This document shows positions 1 through 9,436 of a stretch of 64,000 bases of DNA, piece by piece. The DNA comes from an uncultured Chloroflexia bacterium. Its GTDB lineage: Bacteria > Chloroflexota > Limnocylindria > Limnocylindrales > CSP1-4. Position 1 is the first letter of the stretch. Each line of letters begins with the position of its first letter. A program made the position numbers and the translations under genes. Under the pieces are notes generated by a model. It saw only the letters and a program-made list of their open reading frames with translations, made no database searches and was not told the origin of the DNA. The DNA is taken from positions 256,001-320,000 of the forward strand of contig CAVYBU010000002.1 of assembly GCA_963766735.1 (NCBI GenBank), written 5' to 3'.

Positions 1-2
1 GC

Positions 3-608
3 GAGGTTGACCTCGCTCAGCGCATCACCCGCATCCTGGCGAGGCTCCGAGGGATGGCCCCACCGACCGCGGACGCCCGCTGGGACGACGGGGTCGCGGC
101 CTCGTTCAGCGAGCCCGCCGAGGTGGCCTGGGCCGTGGAGGTCTACTCGCGCGGGTTCGTGGCCGCGCTGCCCCCGGCCCCCGAGGCGACGGCACTCCTC
201 GCCAGCCTCGCCTCTCGCTATCGCCTGGCGATCCTGTCCAACTGGCCGCTCGCGGTGACGATCGACCGCTATGTCGAGGCCGCCGGCTGGTCGCCGCATC
301 TCGCCGCGGTCGTGGTCAGCCAGCGGGTGGGGACCATCAAGCCGCACCCCGCGATCTTCGCCGCGGCGCGAAGGGCCCTCGGCGACCCTGAGCCCGGCGC
401 GATCCTCCACGTGGGCGACGACTGGGCGGCGGACATCCTCGGCGCGAAGCGGGCGGGCTGGCGCGCCGCGTACCTTGCGTCACGGCCCGGCGATTCGCCG
501 CTTCCCGGCAGCGAGCGGAGCGACGAGGTTGTGGCGGATCTCGAGCTGGACACCCTCACCGACCTCGAGCCCGGGCTATCCATCCTGGAGGCCGCGGATC
601 GCGCCTGA
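3..608 (+). CDS. HAD-superfamily hydrolase (5'-truncated by window edge)
   Basis: Frame is open from position 3. Motifs ILSN (II), KPHPAIF (III) and HVGDDWAADILGAKRAGW (IV). Confidence 0.85.
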   Translation, partial: EVDLAQRITRILARLRGMAPPTADARWDDGVAASFSEPAEVAWAVEVYSRGFVAALPPAPEATALLASLASRYRLAILSNWPLAVTIDRYVEAAGWSPHLAAVVVSQRVGTIKPHPAIFAAARRALGDPEPGAILHVGDDWAADILGAKRAGWRAAYLASRPGDSPLPGSERSDEVVADLELDTLTDLEPGLSILEAADRA

Positions 609-658
609 ACCTCCCGGGTCGCGCCCCCGGACCCGCGCGCCTCGGTAGACTCGGTGCC

Positions 659-1033
659 GTGGAAACGCGGGACCGAGTCGCGAACCTGGGGCTGCTGGCG
701 GCGGCCGTCGTCGCCTGGGCGCTGGTGGCGATCGTGGTCACCACGCGAGACCCGTATGCGGACGCGATGGCCGGCTACCTGGGCGCCCTCCTGATCGGCC
801 TCGCGGTCGGCATCACGGCCATCCCGCTGGCGTGGCTGATCGTGTTCGCGCGCCACCGCCGGATCGCCTACAGCGGCGACTGGTTCCGCGCCGCGCGCCG
901 CGGGGGCTGGATCGGCCTGCTGGTGGCCGTGATGGTGATCCTGCGCCTCGTGGACGCGTTCCAGATCCCGATCGTCCTGTTCCTCGCCGCCATCTTCGTC
1001 GTGGCCGAGATCACGCTCTCGGCCGAGCGCTAG
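659..1033 (+). CDS. Small integral membrane protein (about 4 TM), hypothetical
   Basis: 124 aa with four hydrophobic segments. TAGACT -10 box lies 7 nt upstream of the GTG. Confidence 0.75.
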   Translation: METRDRVANLGLLAAAVVAWALVAIVVTTRDPYADAMAGYLGALLIGLAVGITAIPLAWLIVFARHRRIAYSGDWFRAARRGGWIGLLVAVMVILRLVDAFQIPIVLFLAAIFVVAEITLSAER

Positions 1034-1041
1034 GAGATCCC

Positions 1042-2259
1042 GTGTCCGAGTCGACGTTCACCGCGCGTCCCGCCGAACCGTTTGCCGACGTGAAGAGCCG
1101 AGCAGCCGCAGCCGTCGATGCGGCCCGCGATGAGATCCTCGACCTCTCGCACCGGATCCACGCCAATCCGGAGCCCGCCTTCGAGGAGCACGACGCGTCG
1201 GCCTGGGTGGCCGAGGCGGTTGTCCGCCACGGATATGCCGTCGAGCACCCGGCCGGTTCGCTCGCGACTGCCGTCCGCGGCCGGCTGACCGGGGGCCTGG
1301 GCGCGGATGGTCCGCGGATCGGGATCCTGGCGGAGTACGACGCGCTGCCCGGTCTGGGCCACGGATGCGGCCACAACACGATGGCGTCGTCCGGCGTGGG
1401 TGCGGCGATCGCCCTGGCGGCGGTGCGTGATGCCTGGGCGGGCGAGGTGGTCTTCCTCGGGACGCCCGCGGAGGAGCGCGGCAGCGGCAAGGAGATCATG
1501 CTGCGGGACGGCCTGTTCGACGGACTTGACGCGGCGCTGCTGTTCCACCCGTGCGACCGCGACCACGTCGAAATCGCGCCCCTCGCGTCGGAGGACGTGG
1601 TCATCGTGTTCAAGGGCCTCCAGTCCCACGCGGCATCTGAGCCGTGGGCAGGGAAGAACGCCCTGGACGCGATGATCGCGCTGTTCGTCTCGGTTGGGCT
1701 GTGGCGCCAGCAGCTGCCCCCGCACTGCAGGGTCCACGGGATCATCCAGGAGGGGGGGACCGCCGCGAACATCATCCCGGACCGCACGCGGGCGTGGTTC
1801 ATGATCCGCAGCGCCGACCAGCCGTATTACGAGGTCATGAAGGCCCGCTTCCGCGAGCTGTGCGAGGCGGCCGCGATGGCAGCCGGCGTCACCGTGGACG
1901 TCGAGTTCTCCGGTGCAGCGTCCACCATGAAGCACAACTCCACGCTGGCGCAGCGCTGGAATGCCAATGCGGAGGCGTACGGCATCGTCGACGAGGGCAT
2001 GGACCCGACGTCCGGCTCCACGGACATGGCCAACGTCTCCTGGGCGATGCCGGCGATCCACCCCGACCTCGCGATCGTCGATGTGCCCACGCCGGGCCAT
2101 TCGATCGAGTTCCGCGACGCGGCGGCGCGCCCCCGGGCGGACCGGACGGTGCTGCTGGCGGCCACGCTGGTGGCTCAGACGGCGCTGGACCTGCTCCTGG
2201 ACCCGGTGCTGGTGGAGGAGGCATGGGGGGAGTTCCGCGGAGAGCCTGGCGCGGGATGA
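1042..2259 (+). CDS. M20 family amidohydrolase (M20D/Acy1L2-like)
   Basis: HANPEPAFEE, AEYDALPGLGHGCGHN, GTPAEE and GSTDMANVS motifs. GTG at 1042 follows an AGGAG SD. Confidence 0.9.
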   Translation: MSESTFTARPAEPFADVKSRAAAAVDAARDEILDLSHRIHANPEPAFEEHDASAWVAEAVVRHGYAVEHPAGSLATAVRGRLTGGLGADGPRIGILAEYDALPGLGHGCGHNTMASSGVGAAIALAAVRDAWAGEVVFLGTPAEERGSGKEIMLRDGLFDGLDAALLFHPCDRDHVEIAPLASEDVVIVFKGLQSHAASEPWAGKNALDAMIALFVSVGLWRQQLPPHCRVHGIIQEGGTAANIIPDRTRAWFMIRSADQPYYEVMKARFRELCEAAAMAAGVTVDVEFSGAASTMKHNSTLAQRWNANAEAYGIVDEGMDPTSGSTDMANVSWAMPAIHPDLAIVDVPTPGHSIEFRDAAARPRADRTVLLAATLVAQTALDLLLDPVLVEEAWGEFRGEPGAG

Positions 2260-2801
2260 CCGATGCCCTCCGGGGTGAGCTGGCCCTGCGGTACCGGCGA
2301 CCGGTCGAGGATGACCACCGGCGGCTGGTCGCGGTCATCGACGACTGGTGGGGCGGGCGCCAGCTTCATCATCTCCTGCCGAGGCTCTGGCTCCAGCATT
2401 TCACGGGCACATCATGGGTAGCCGAGACCGGCGACGGACGCCTCGTGGGCTTCCTGGTCGGCTTCGTGAGCCCCGACCACCCGGAAATGGCGTACATCCA
2501 TCTCGTCGCGACCAACCCCAACATGCGGCGTCGCGGCACCGGGCGGGCCCTGTACGGGAGGTTCATCGACGACGTGCGGTCCCGGGGCGTGCGCCGCGTC
2601 GTCGCGATCACCTGGCCGGGGAACCGTCTCTCGCTCGCCTTCCACCGGTCCCTCGGGTTCCTGGCACGCGACGGCGAGGGAACGCGCCCGGCCTACGGGA
2701 CGCCCGCCATCCCGGACTACGAGGGCGACGGGTCGGAGGTCACGGTCCTCGAGCTCGACCTTGCTGGCGGGTCGGGTGAGGCGCGGCCGGGATCGGGCTG
2801 A
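2256..2801 (+). CDS. GNAT family N-acetyltransferase
   Basis: AYIHLVATNPNMRRRGTGRALY (acetyl-CoA motif A) and NRLSLAFHRSLGF. ATGA overlap with the upstream stop. Confidence 0.85.
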   Translation: MTDALRGELALRYRRPVEDDHRRLVAVIDDWWGGRQLHHLLPRLWLQHFTGTSWVAETGDGRLVGFLVGFVSPDHPEMAYIHLVATNPNMRRRGTGRALYGRFIDDVRSRGVRRVVAITWPGNRLSLAFHRSLGFLARDGEGTRPAYGTPAIPDYEGDGSEVTVLELDLAGGSGEARPGSG

Positions 2802-3064
2802 AGGCCGCTGCCACGCGGGCGGCCGACAGGCCCGCGATGTGTCCCGACGCGGCAGGCCCGATGGTGCAAGGCGACGGGGCAGGCCCGGCGCAGTCGGGAC
2901 GGCGCGGGCTGGACCTCGCAGGCTCCCGCTCCACGGTCCGGCCCACTTTCGCCGGGGCGACGGGGGACCGGGTACGATGCCGCCCTGCGCGCCCCGCCGG
3001 TTGGTGGACCCCGCTGGCGGCGCCCACGGACAGGGCGACACGCCTCCCGGCACCGAGGTGACGC

Positions 3065-4165
3065 ATGGGAGACGCGACCGCCGGAGGATTGCCAGTGGCT
3101 GAGCGCCCGAACCACCCGGAAGCCGACGACTTCGCCGCCCGCAACGGCTGGGCCGGCGCGTACGAGCTGTACGACGATGCCGACCTGCCCACCTACGTCG
3201 GGCTGCCAACGTTCATGAAGCTCCCGTGGGTGCCGGACGCGGCGGAGCTGCGGGCCCGCAATGTCGACGTCGCCATCGTCGGCGCCCCGTTTGACGACGC
3301 CGTCAGCCACCGCTCCGGCGCCCGCTTCGGCCCCCGGGCGATCCGCGAGGCGCAGTACACCTCGGGCTCCGTCTATTCGCTCCAGCTGGACGTGGAGCCG
3401 TTCGAGGTGCTCACGGTCGTCGACGCCGGCGATGCCAACATCGTCCCCGCCTGGATCGAACGCGCTCACGCGCTGATCTACCGCAAGGTCCGCGACGTGG
3501 CTGCGACCGGCGCAATCCCGATCGTGCTTGGTGGCGACCACTCGATCACGTGGCCCGCCGCCACGGCCGTCGCCGAAATCCGCCGACCCGGCAGCATCGG
3601 CATTGTCCACTTCGACGCGCACGCGGACACCGCCGCCGACGACTGGGGCGTCCTGGCCGGTCACGGCACGCCGATCCGTCGGCTGATCGAATCGGGTGCG
3701 GTGAAGGGCAGCAACTTCGTCCAGGTCGGCCTCCGCGGGTACTGGCCGCCGCTGGAGACGTTCGAGTGGATGAAGGAGCACGGCCTGCGCTGGCACCTGA
3801 TGCGCGAGGTTGAGGAACGCGGCGCGGAGGCGGTGATCGATGACGCGATCGCCGAGGCGCTCGATGGTCCGGACGCCGTCTACATCTCCGTGGACATCGA
3901 CGTCATCGATCCCGGGAGTGCCCCCGGGACGGGCACACCCGAACCGGGCGGGTTCCTGCCCCGGGAACTCCTGCGGGCGGTCCGACGGATCGCCTTGGCG
4001 GTTCCCATCGCCGGCATGGACATCGTGGAGGTCTCCCCGCCGTACGACCATGCGGAGGTCACATCCATGGCCGCCAACCGCGTGGCGCTGGAGTTCATCT
4101 CCGCGCTCGCGATCAAGCGCCTCGCCGGCGAGGCGATCCGCTTCGAGCGCCCGGAGCCCGCGTGA
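3065..4165 (+). CDS. speB: Agmatinase / ureohydrolase (arginase family)
   Basis: GARFGPRAIR, GGDHSIT, HFDAHADT and SVDIDVIDPGSAPGTGTPEPGG metal-binding motifs. Exact substrate is uncertain. Confidence 0.85.
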   Translation: MGDATAGGLPVAERPNHPEADDFAARNGWAGAYELYDDADLPTYVGLPTFMKLPWVPDAAELRARNVDVAIVGAPFDDAVSHRSGARFGPRAIREAQYTSGSVYSLQLDVEPFEVLTVVDAGDANIVPAWIERAHALIYRKVRDVAATGAIPIVLGGDHSITWPAATAVAEIRRPGSIGIVHFDAHADTAADDWGVLAGHGTPIRRLIESGAVKGSNFVQVGLRGYWPPLETFEWMKEHGLRWHLMREVEERGAEAVIDDAIAEALDGPDAVYISVDIDVIDPGSAPGTGTPEPGGFLPRELLRAVRRIALAVPIAGMDIVEVSPPYDHAEVTSMAANRVALEFISALAIKRLAGEAIRFERPEPA

Positions 4166-4944
4166 GCGTCGAGTCCGCCGCGGAGGCGCTCGCCCGCCTC
4201 TACGACCTCGACCTGTCGGAGGACCCGGGCGACCTTGACCTGTACCTGGCCCTGGCGGGCCGCACCGGCGGGCCCATCCTGGAACTGGCGGCCGGGTCCG
4301 GGCGCCTGACCGTCCCGCTTGCCGCCGCGGGCCATGACGTCACCGGCGTGGACCTGGACGCGGCGATGCTCGCCCGCGCCCGCCGCGCCGCCGACGGTGC
4401 AGGCAAGGCGACCGCCCGCCGGATCCGCCTGGTGGAGGCCGACGCGCGGACCATCCGCCTGGACGCCGCGGCCACCTTCCGCCTCGCGTTCATCCCCCTC
4501 AACTCGATCTTCCTCATGGGCGGCCGGGTGGACCAGGCCGCCGCCGTCGCGACCCTGGCTGCCCACCTGGCCCCGGGAGGGTTGGCCGTCGTGGATGCAT
4601 GGCTGCCGGATGCGGATGACCTGTCCCGATACGACGGGCGCCTGATCCTGGAGTGGGTCCGCGACGATCCGCGCACGGGGCGCACTGTGACCAAGAGCGG
4701 CAGCGCCGTGTTCGACCAGACCACGGGTGAGATCAGGCTCACCACGTTCTTCGATGCCGGCCTGCCCGGCGAGGCACCGATGCGCTGGGTTCGGGCGGAC
4801 CGACTGCGCCTCGCGAGCCCGGACGACCTGGTGGGCTTCGCCGAGGCCGCGGGGCTCGAGGTGGAGACCCTCGCGGGCGACTACGGGCTCGCTGACCTCG
4901 CGCCCGGCGCGGAGCGTGTCGTGCTCATCGCCCGCCGGCGCTGA
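4162..4944 (+). CDS. Class I SAM-dependent methyltransferase
   Basis: ILELAAGSGR motif I, VTGVDLD and LAPGG. GTGA overlap with the agmatinase stop. Confidence 0.85.
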   Translation: MSVESAAEALARLYDLDLSEDPGDLDLYLALAGRTGGPILELAAGSGRLTVPLAAAGHDVTGVDLDAAMLARARRAADGAGKATARRIRLVEADARTIRLDAAATFRLAFIPLNSIFLMGGRVDQAAAVATLAAHLAPGGLAVVDAWLPDADDLSRYDGRLILEWVRDDPRTGRTVTKSGSAVFDQTTGEIRLTTFFDAGLPGEAPMRWVRADRLRLASPDDLVGFAEAAGLEVETLAGDYGLADLAPGAERVVLIARRR

Positions 4945-5020
4945 GGACCCTTGCGGAGGGCGCGGATGGGACCTTCGGGGGCGGGGTCGGTCGCTCCCCC
5001 CACATGGTAGAGTCGGCTCG

Positions 5021-6159
5021 ATGTCGGACCAGATCCGCCTCCTCGTCGTCGAGGATGTCCCCCAGGTCGCCCAGTACATCCGCGGGTTGCTGAACTCGCA
5101 GTCCACGATCAAGCTCCTGGACGTGGCGAGCGACGGCAGCAAGGTGGCGCGCCTCATCTCCGAGCTCCACCCGGACGTGGTGCTGGTGGACTCACTTCTC
5201 CAGGGCCGCCTCAAGGGGCTCGCGCTCGTGGAGCAGATCCACGCGTCCGGCGGGCAGGTTCCGGTGATCGTGCTGACGGTGCCTCAGCAGCCCGTCCAGC
5301 CCGACCCGGCCTCCGGGATCCATGGCGTGCTCTCGCTGCCGTTCACCGGCTACGAGCTGGTGACGCGCATCCAGCAGGTGATCCAGGCTGCCGCTGCCAG
5401 CGAGTCCACGGGATCGGCTCGAATGGTCACGGTCTTCGCGCCCAAGGGAGGCGTGGGCAAGACGACCATCGCGTTCAACCTGGCGGTGGCCGTGGGGCAG
5501 CTGGGCAGGAAGACGGTGCTGATCGACGGCTGCCTCCAGTTCGGCGACATGCGGGCGCTGCTCAAGGTGCCCACGGAGGCGCCATCCCTGCTCGACCTGC
5601 CCACCGACCGGATCGCGGAATCGGACCTGCAGGACGTGCTGTGGCGGGACCCGTCCGGGATCGACATCCTCCTGGCGCCACCCCGCATCGAAATGGCCGA
5701 GATGGTCACGGTGCGGGATCTTGAGAAGACGATCTCGCTGCTGCGCCGCGTCTACGAGGTGGTCATCGTGGACACGCCGGCCGTCATCAACGACGTCAAC
5801 CTCGCCTTCCTCGACGCTTCGGACACGATCCTCGAGGTCGTCACGTACGACTCGACGACGATCCACAGCACGATGGTCATGGCGGACGCCTTCCGGATGA
5901 TCGGCTACCCGCCGACCAAGGTCCACTACCTGGTCAATCGCGCCGATTCCCAGGGGGGCTCGACCCCAAGGTCCTCCATCAGGCGCTCGGCCGCGTCCCG
6001 GAGCACAGCGTCGGCTCTGGTGGGGCGCTCGTCGTGCGCGCCAACAACGAGGGCATCCCGTTCGTCCTTGCCGACTCGTCGGCCCAGATCAGCCAGGACG
6101 TGATCCGGACCGCGTCGGAGCTCATCGAGCGCGGCGCACCAGTGGCTGCGCAGCGGTAG
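5021..6159 (+). CDS. Receiver-like domain + CpaE/TadZ (MinD/ParA-family) ATPase, frameshifted at about 5953-5958
   Basis: N-terminal REC fold, then FAPKGGVGKTT and VVIVDTP. After NRADSQGG the homologous C-terminus (LDPKVLHQALGRVPEH...RANNEGIPFVL...AAQR*) continues in another frame to TAG 6157-6159. Confidence 0.8.
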
Positions 6160-6166
6160 CGCGGGG

Positions 6167-7087
6167 GTGTCGGACCCTCGCCCGATCGGCATCTTCGATT
6201 CCGGTGTCGGCGGTCTCACCGTCCTGCGCGAGATCCTGCGCCGGTCACCCCACGAGTCCACGATCTACCTGGGCGACAACGCGCGCGCCCCCTACGGCAC
6301 GCGCACGGACGACGAGGTCCTCCGGTTCTCGGCAGAGGCACTGGACGAGCTTGCGGCGCGCGACGTCAAGGCGCTGGTGGTGGCCTGCAACACGTCCACG
6401 GCCGTCGCGCTTCGATTCCTGCGTGCCCGCTACGCCCTGCCGGTGCTGGGCGTGGTTCGCCCGGGCGCCGCTGCTGCTGCCCTCGCCACGCGGAACCGGC
6501 GCGTCGGCGTGATTGCCACGCCCGCGACCGTCCGCTCGCACGCCTACTTCAACGCGATCAAGGACGAGAACCCCGCGGTCGAGGTCTACGAGCACGCGAC
6601 ACCGCGCTTCGTGCCGATGATCGAGGCCGGGATCCTGTCCGGACCGGAGCTCGAGGCCGTCATGCAGGAGGAGCTCGCCCCACTCCTGGGCGAGCGCGAC
6701 GGGGCCGGCGAGTTCGTCTTTCCGCGGCCGCCTGGAGCCATGATCGACACGCTGCTGCTCGGCTGCACGCACTACCCGCTGTTGCGCGGCCTGCTGACCT
6801 CCATGGTGGGGGACCGGGTCGCGATCGTGGATTCCGCCACGGCGACGGCGGCAACCCTCGCGGAGCTGCTCTCCGTGAACGGGCTGGAGGCGCCCGGCAC
6901 CACCCGGGGGACGGCGGCGGATCCGGGCAAGGCCGGCCACTCGCGTCCGGCGGAGGCGTACGGGGAACCCGCCGCGCATGTCCAGCTGACCACCGGTGAC
7001 GTCGACCGCTTCCAATCGATCGCGTCACGGATGTTCGAGGGATCGTTCCCGGACGTGGAGGCGGTCACGCTGCGGGAGGTCGGCTGA
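6167..7087 (+). CDS. murI: Glutamate racemase
   Basis: IGIFDSGVGGLTV, ACNT and LGCTHYP signature motifs. Confidence 0.95.
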   Translation: MSDPRPIGIFDSGVGGLTVLREILRRSPHESTIYLGDNARAPYGTRTDDEVLRFSAEALDELAARDVKALVVACNTSTAVALRFLRARYALPVLGVVRPGAAAAALATRNRRVGVIATPATVRSHAYFNAIKDENPAVEVYEHATPRFVPMIEAGILSGPELEAVMQEELAPLLGERDGAGEFVFPRPPGAMIDTLLLGCTHYPLLRGLLTSMVGDRVAIVDSATATAATLAELLSVNGLEAPGTTRGTAADPGKAGHSRPAEAYGEPAAHVQLTTGDVDRFQSIASRMFEGSFPDVEAVTLREVG

Positions 7088-8331
7088 TGGCGGACGGCGG
7101 TTCCCGCGGAGGAGGCGTCGGACGCGGCGGCCGGATCCCCGACGAGCGCCTGTGGCAGATCGGGTTCGTGGTCGGTTCGGTGGTCGGTGCCACGGTGACC
7201 GTCGCCGGCCGGCGGCTCGAGCAATCGGCGCGCCACGCGGGTCTCGTGGACTGGCGCCGCGTAGAGGACATCGCCATGGCTCGGCTCCGGCGCGCGCCCG
7301 GTGCCCTGTCGGAGGCAGAGCTGCGGGCGTCAGAGGGGAGCTACGCCTCGGCGATGGCGCGGGTCGTGCCCGCCCTGGGCGCCCATCTCGGCACGGACCT
7401 GCCCGGAGTGGTGGATCGCGTGGCGGTGGTGGACCGTGCGGCGTGGGTGCGCGCCAACACGGAGGCCTTCGCAGCGCTCATCGGCAGGCTCGAGGGCAAC
7501 CTCCTGGACCAGATGCTCCCGCCGGGCGGGGGCATCGGCAAGGCGGCGGTGACGCTCGCCAACCGGTGGGTCACCACCCGCCAGCTGGGCATGCTGCTGG
7601 GGTTCATGGGCCAGCGGGTCCTGGGTCAGTACGACCTCGCGCTGCTCTCGGCGGAGACCACGCCGGGTCGTCTGCTGTTCGTGGAGGAGAACATCCGCCA
7701 GACCGCCCGGGCGATGGACGTGCCACTGGGGCCCTTCCGGACCTGGATCGCGCTCCACGAGACCACCCACGCCTTCGAGTTCGAGGCACATCCGTGGCTG
7801 CGCCCGTACCTTGCCGGGCGCCTGGAGCGCCAGCTGTCGCTCTTCTCGGACGACGCCACGGCGCTGGGGAAGGACGCGGTCCGCGCCCTTGGTGCGGCGC
7901 TCCGCGGCGATGGGCGCCGGGACGACATGCACTGGCTGGAACGGATGATGACCGAGGAGCAGCGCGGGCTGTTCCGCGAGATGCAGGCGGTCATGAGCCT
8001 GCTGGAGGGCTTCAGCGACCACGTGATGGACGCGGTCGGCAAGGACCTGGTCCCCGACGTGGAGCGGATCTCGTCGCGATTCCACGGCCGTCGCGCGCAG
8101 CGGACGCCCTTCGAGCGGGCGATGCTGCGGGTCACGGGCATGGACCTCAAGCTGGAGCAGTACCGTAAGGGCGAGGCCTTCGTGGCCGGGATCGAACGGG
8201 CCACCGGGGCCGCGGGGCTGCGCCGGCTGTGGGATGGCCCTGAGACGTTGCCGACGCCCGAGGAGATCGACGCACCGGACGCCTGGGTCCGGCGAATGGG
8301 CCTGGACCGGCCCGAAGGAGGCATGGCGTGA
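7087..8331 (+). CDS. Zincin-like metalloprotease (DUF2342-like putative hydrolase)
   Basis: VLGQYD, WIALHETTH (HExxH), MSLLEGFSDHVMD and KLEQYRKGEAFV. Confidence 0.85.
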   Translation: MADGGSRGGGVGRGGRIPDERLWQIGFVVGSVVGATVTVAGRRLEQSARHAGLVDWRRVEDIAMARLRRAPGALSEAELRASEGSYASAMARVVPALGAHLGTDLPGVVDRVAVVDRAAWVRANTEAFAALIGRLEGNLLDQMLPPGGGIGKAAVTLANRWVTTRQLGMLLGFMGQRVLGQYDLALLSAETTPGRLLFVEENIRQTARAMDVPLGPFRTWIALHETTHAFEFEAHPWLRPYLAGRLERQLSLFSDDATALGKDAVRALGAALRGDGRRDDMHWLERMMTEEQRGLFREMQAVMSLLEGFSDHVMDAVGKDLVPDVERISSRFHGRRAQRTPFERAMLRVTGMDLKLEQYRKGEAFVAGIERATGAAGLRRLWDGPETLPTPEEIDAPDAWVRRMGLDRPEGGMA

Positions 8332-9392
8332 CCGACGGCACCTCGAACGGCCCCGGACCCGGTGCAGGACCCGGTGGGGTCCCTGTGGCCATCGCCCTCA
8401 CGCCGATCCTGGCGGCGCGGTACCGGACACGCGACCTCGAGGCGATCCGGGCCGCGGCACCCGGGGCACGCATCGTCACGATCGGGTTCGACGGGCACGC
8501 AGACGGACCGATGGACGACGTGGAGGCGATGCTTCGCGGGCGCCTCCCGGCTGAGACGTTCGACCGGATCCTCTACCGCGCGCCATCGCTGCGCTGGGTC
8601 CACTCCGCCACCGCGGGGGTGGAGCGTGTGCTGACCCCGTCCAGCCGCTCCCGTGGTCTCGTCATCACGAACGCGCGGGGCGTGTTCAGCCGGCCCATCG
8701 CCGAGTACGTCATGCTCATGATCCTCGCGATCTCCCGCCGCCTGCCCGAGCTGATGGAGCTCCAGGCGGAGCGCACGTGGCAGCCGCTCGAGGCGCGCGA
8801 GCTGCGGGATGTCACGATCGGGATCGTGGGCCTCGGGTCCATCGGACGGGCCGTCGGCGCGCTGGGGACGGCATTCGGGTGCCGGGTCATGGCGACCCGT
8901 CGCCGCCCCGAGGCTGGCTCGCACGCGACAGATGGCGCCGGCGACGAGCCCTTCCTGGGGTCGATGATGCTCGACCGCGTCCTCCCCCCGGAACGCCTTC
9001 CGGAGCTCCTCGCGGAGTCCGACTTCGTGGTGCTGGCCGCACCGCTGACGCAGGACACCCACGGGCTGATCTCGAACGAGGCGATCGCCCGGATGAAGCC
9101 GGGTGCCTGGATCATCAACGTGGCCCGCGGCGAGCTGATCGATGAACGGGCCCTCGCTCGCGCGCTCCTGGACGGGCGCCTGGGCGGTGCCGTGCTGGAC
9201 ACCTTCCTCGAGGAGCCCCTGTCGCCCACGTCGCCGCTGTACGACCTGCCGAACGTGATCCTGACGCCGCACACGTCCTGGTCGTCCACGCGGGTCCTGG
9301 ATCGGTCCGTGGACCTGTTCTGCGAGAACCTGCGCCGGTTCGCCGCCGGACGTCCGCTGGTCAACGTGGTGGACCCGGACGCAGGCTACTAG
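8328..9392 (+). CDS. D-2-hydroxyacid dehydrogenase family protein
   Basis: IGIVGLGSIG Rossmann motif, INVARG, DTFLEEPL and LTPHTS. Confidence 0.92.
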   Translation: MTDGTSNGPGPGAGPGGVPVAIALTPILAARYRTRDLEAIRAAAPGARIVTIGFDGHADGPMDDVEAMLRGRLPAETFDRILYRAPSLRWVHSATAGVERVLTPSSRSRGLVITNARGVFSRPIAEYVMLMILAISRRLPELMELQAERTWQPLEARELRDVTIGIVGLGSIGRAVGALGTAFGCRVMATRRRPEAGSHATDGAGDEPFLGSMMLDRVLPPERLPELLAESDFVVLAAPLTQDTHGLISNEAIARMKPGAWIINVARGELIDERALARALLDGRLGGAVLDTFLEEPLSPTSPLYDLPNVILTPHTSWSSTRVLDRSVDLFCENLRRFAAGRPLVNVVDPDAGY

Positions 9393-9436
9393 GCGTTCCC
9401 GACCCACGGGCCGCCCGACAGGGGCACAATCACCCC

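Noticed and set aside
2840-2970. Guanidine-II (mini-ykkC) riboswitch from several GACG motifs
   Set aside because: The ACGR sequences are not closed by the required paired stems and lie upstream of the predicted -10.
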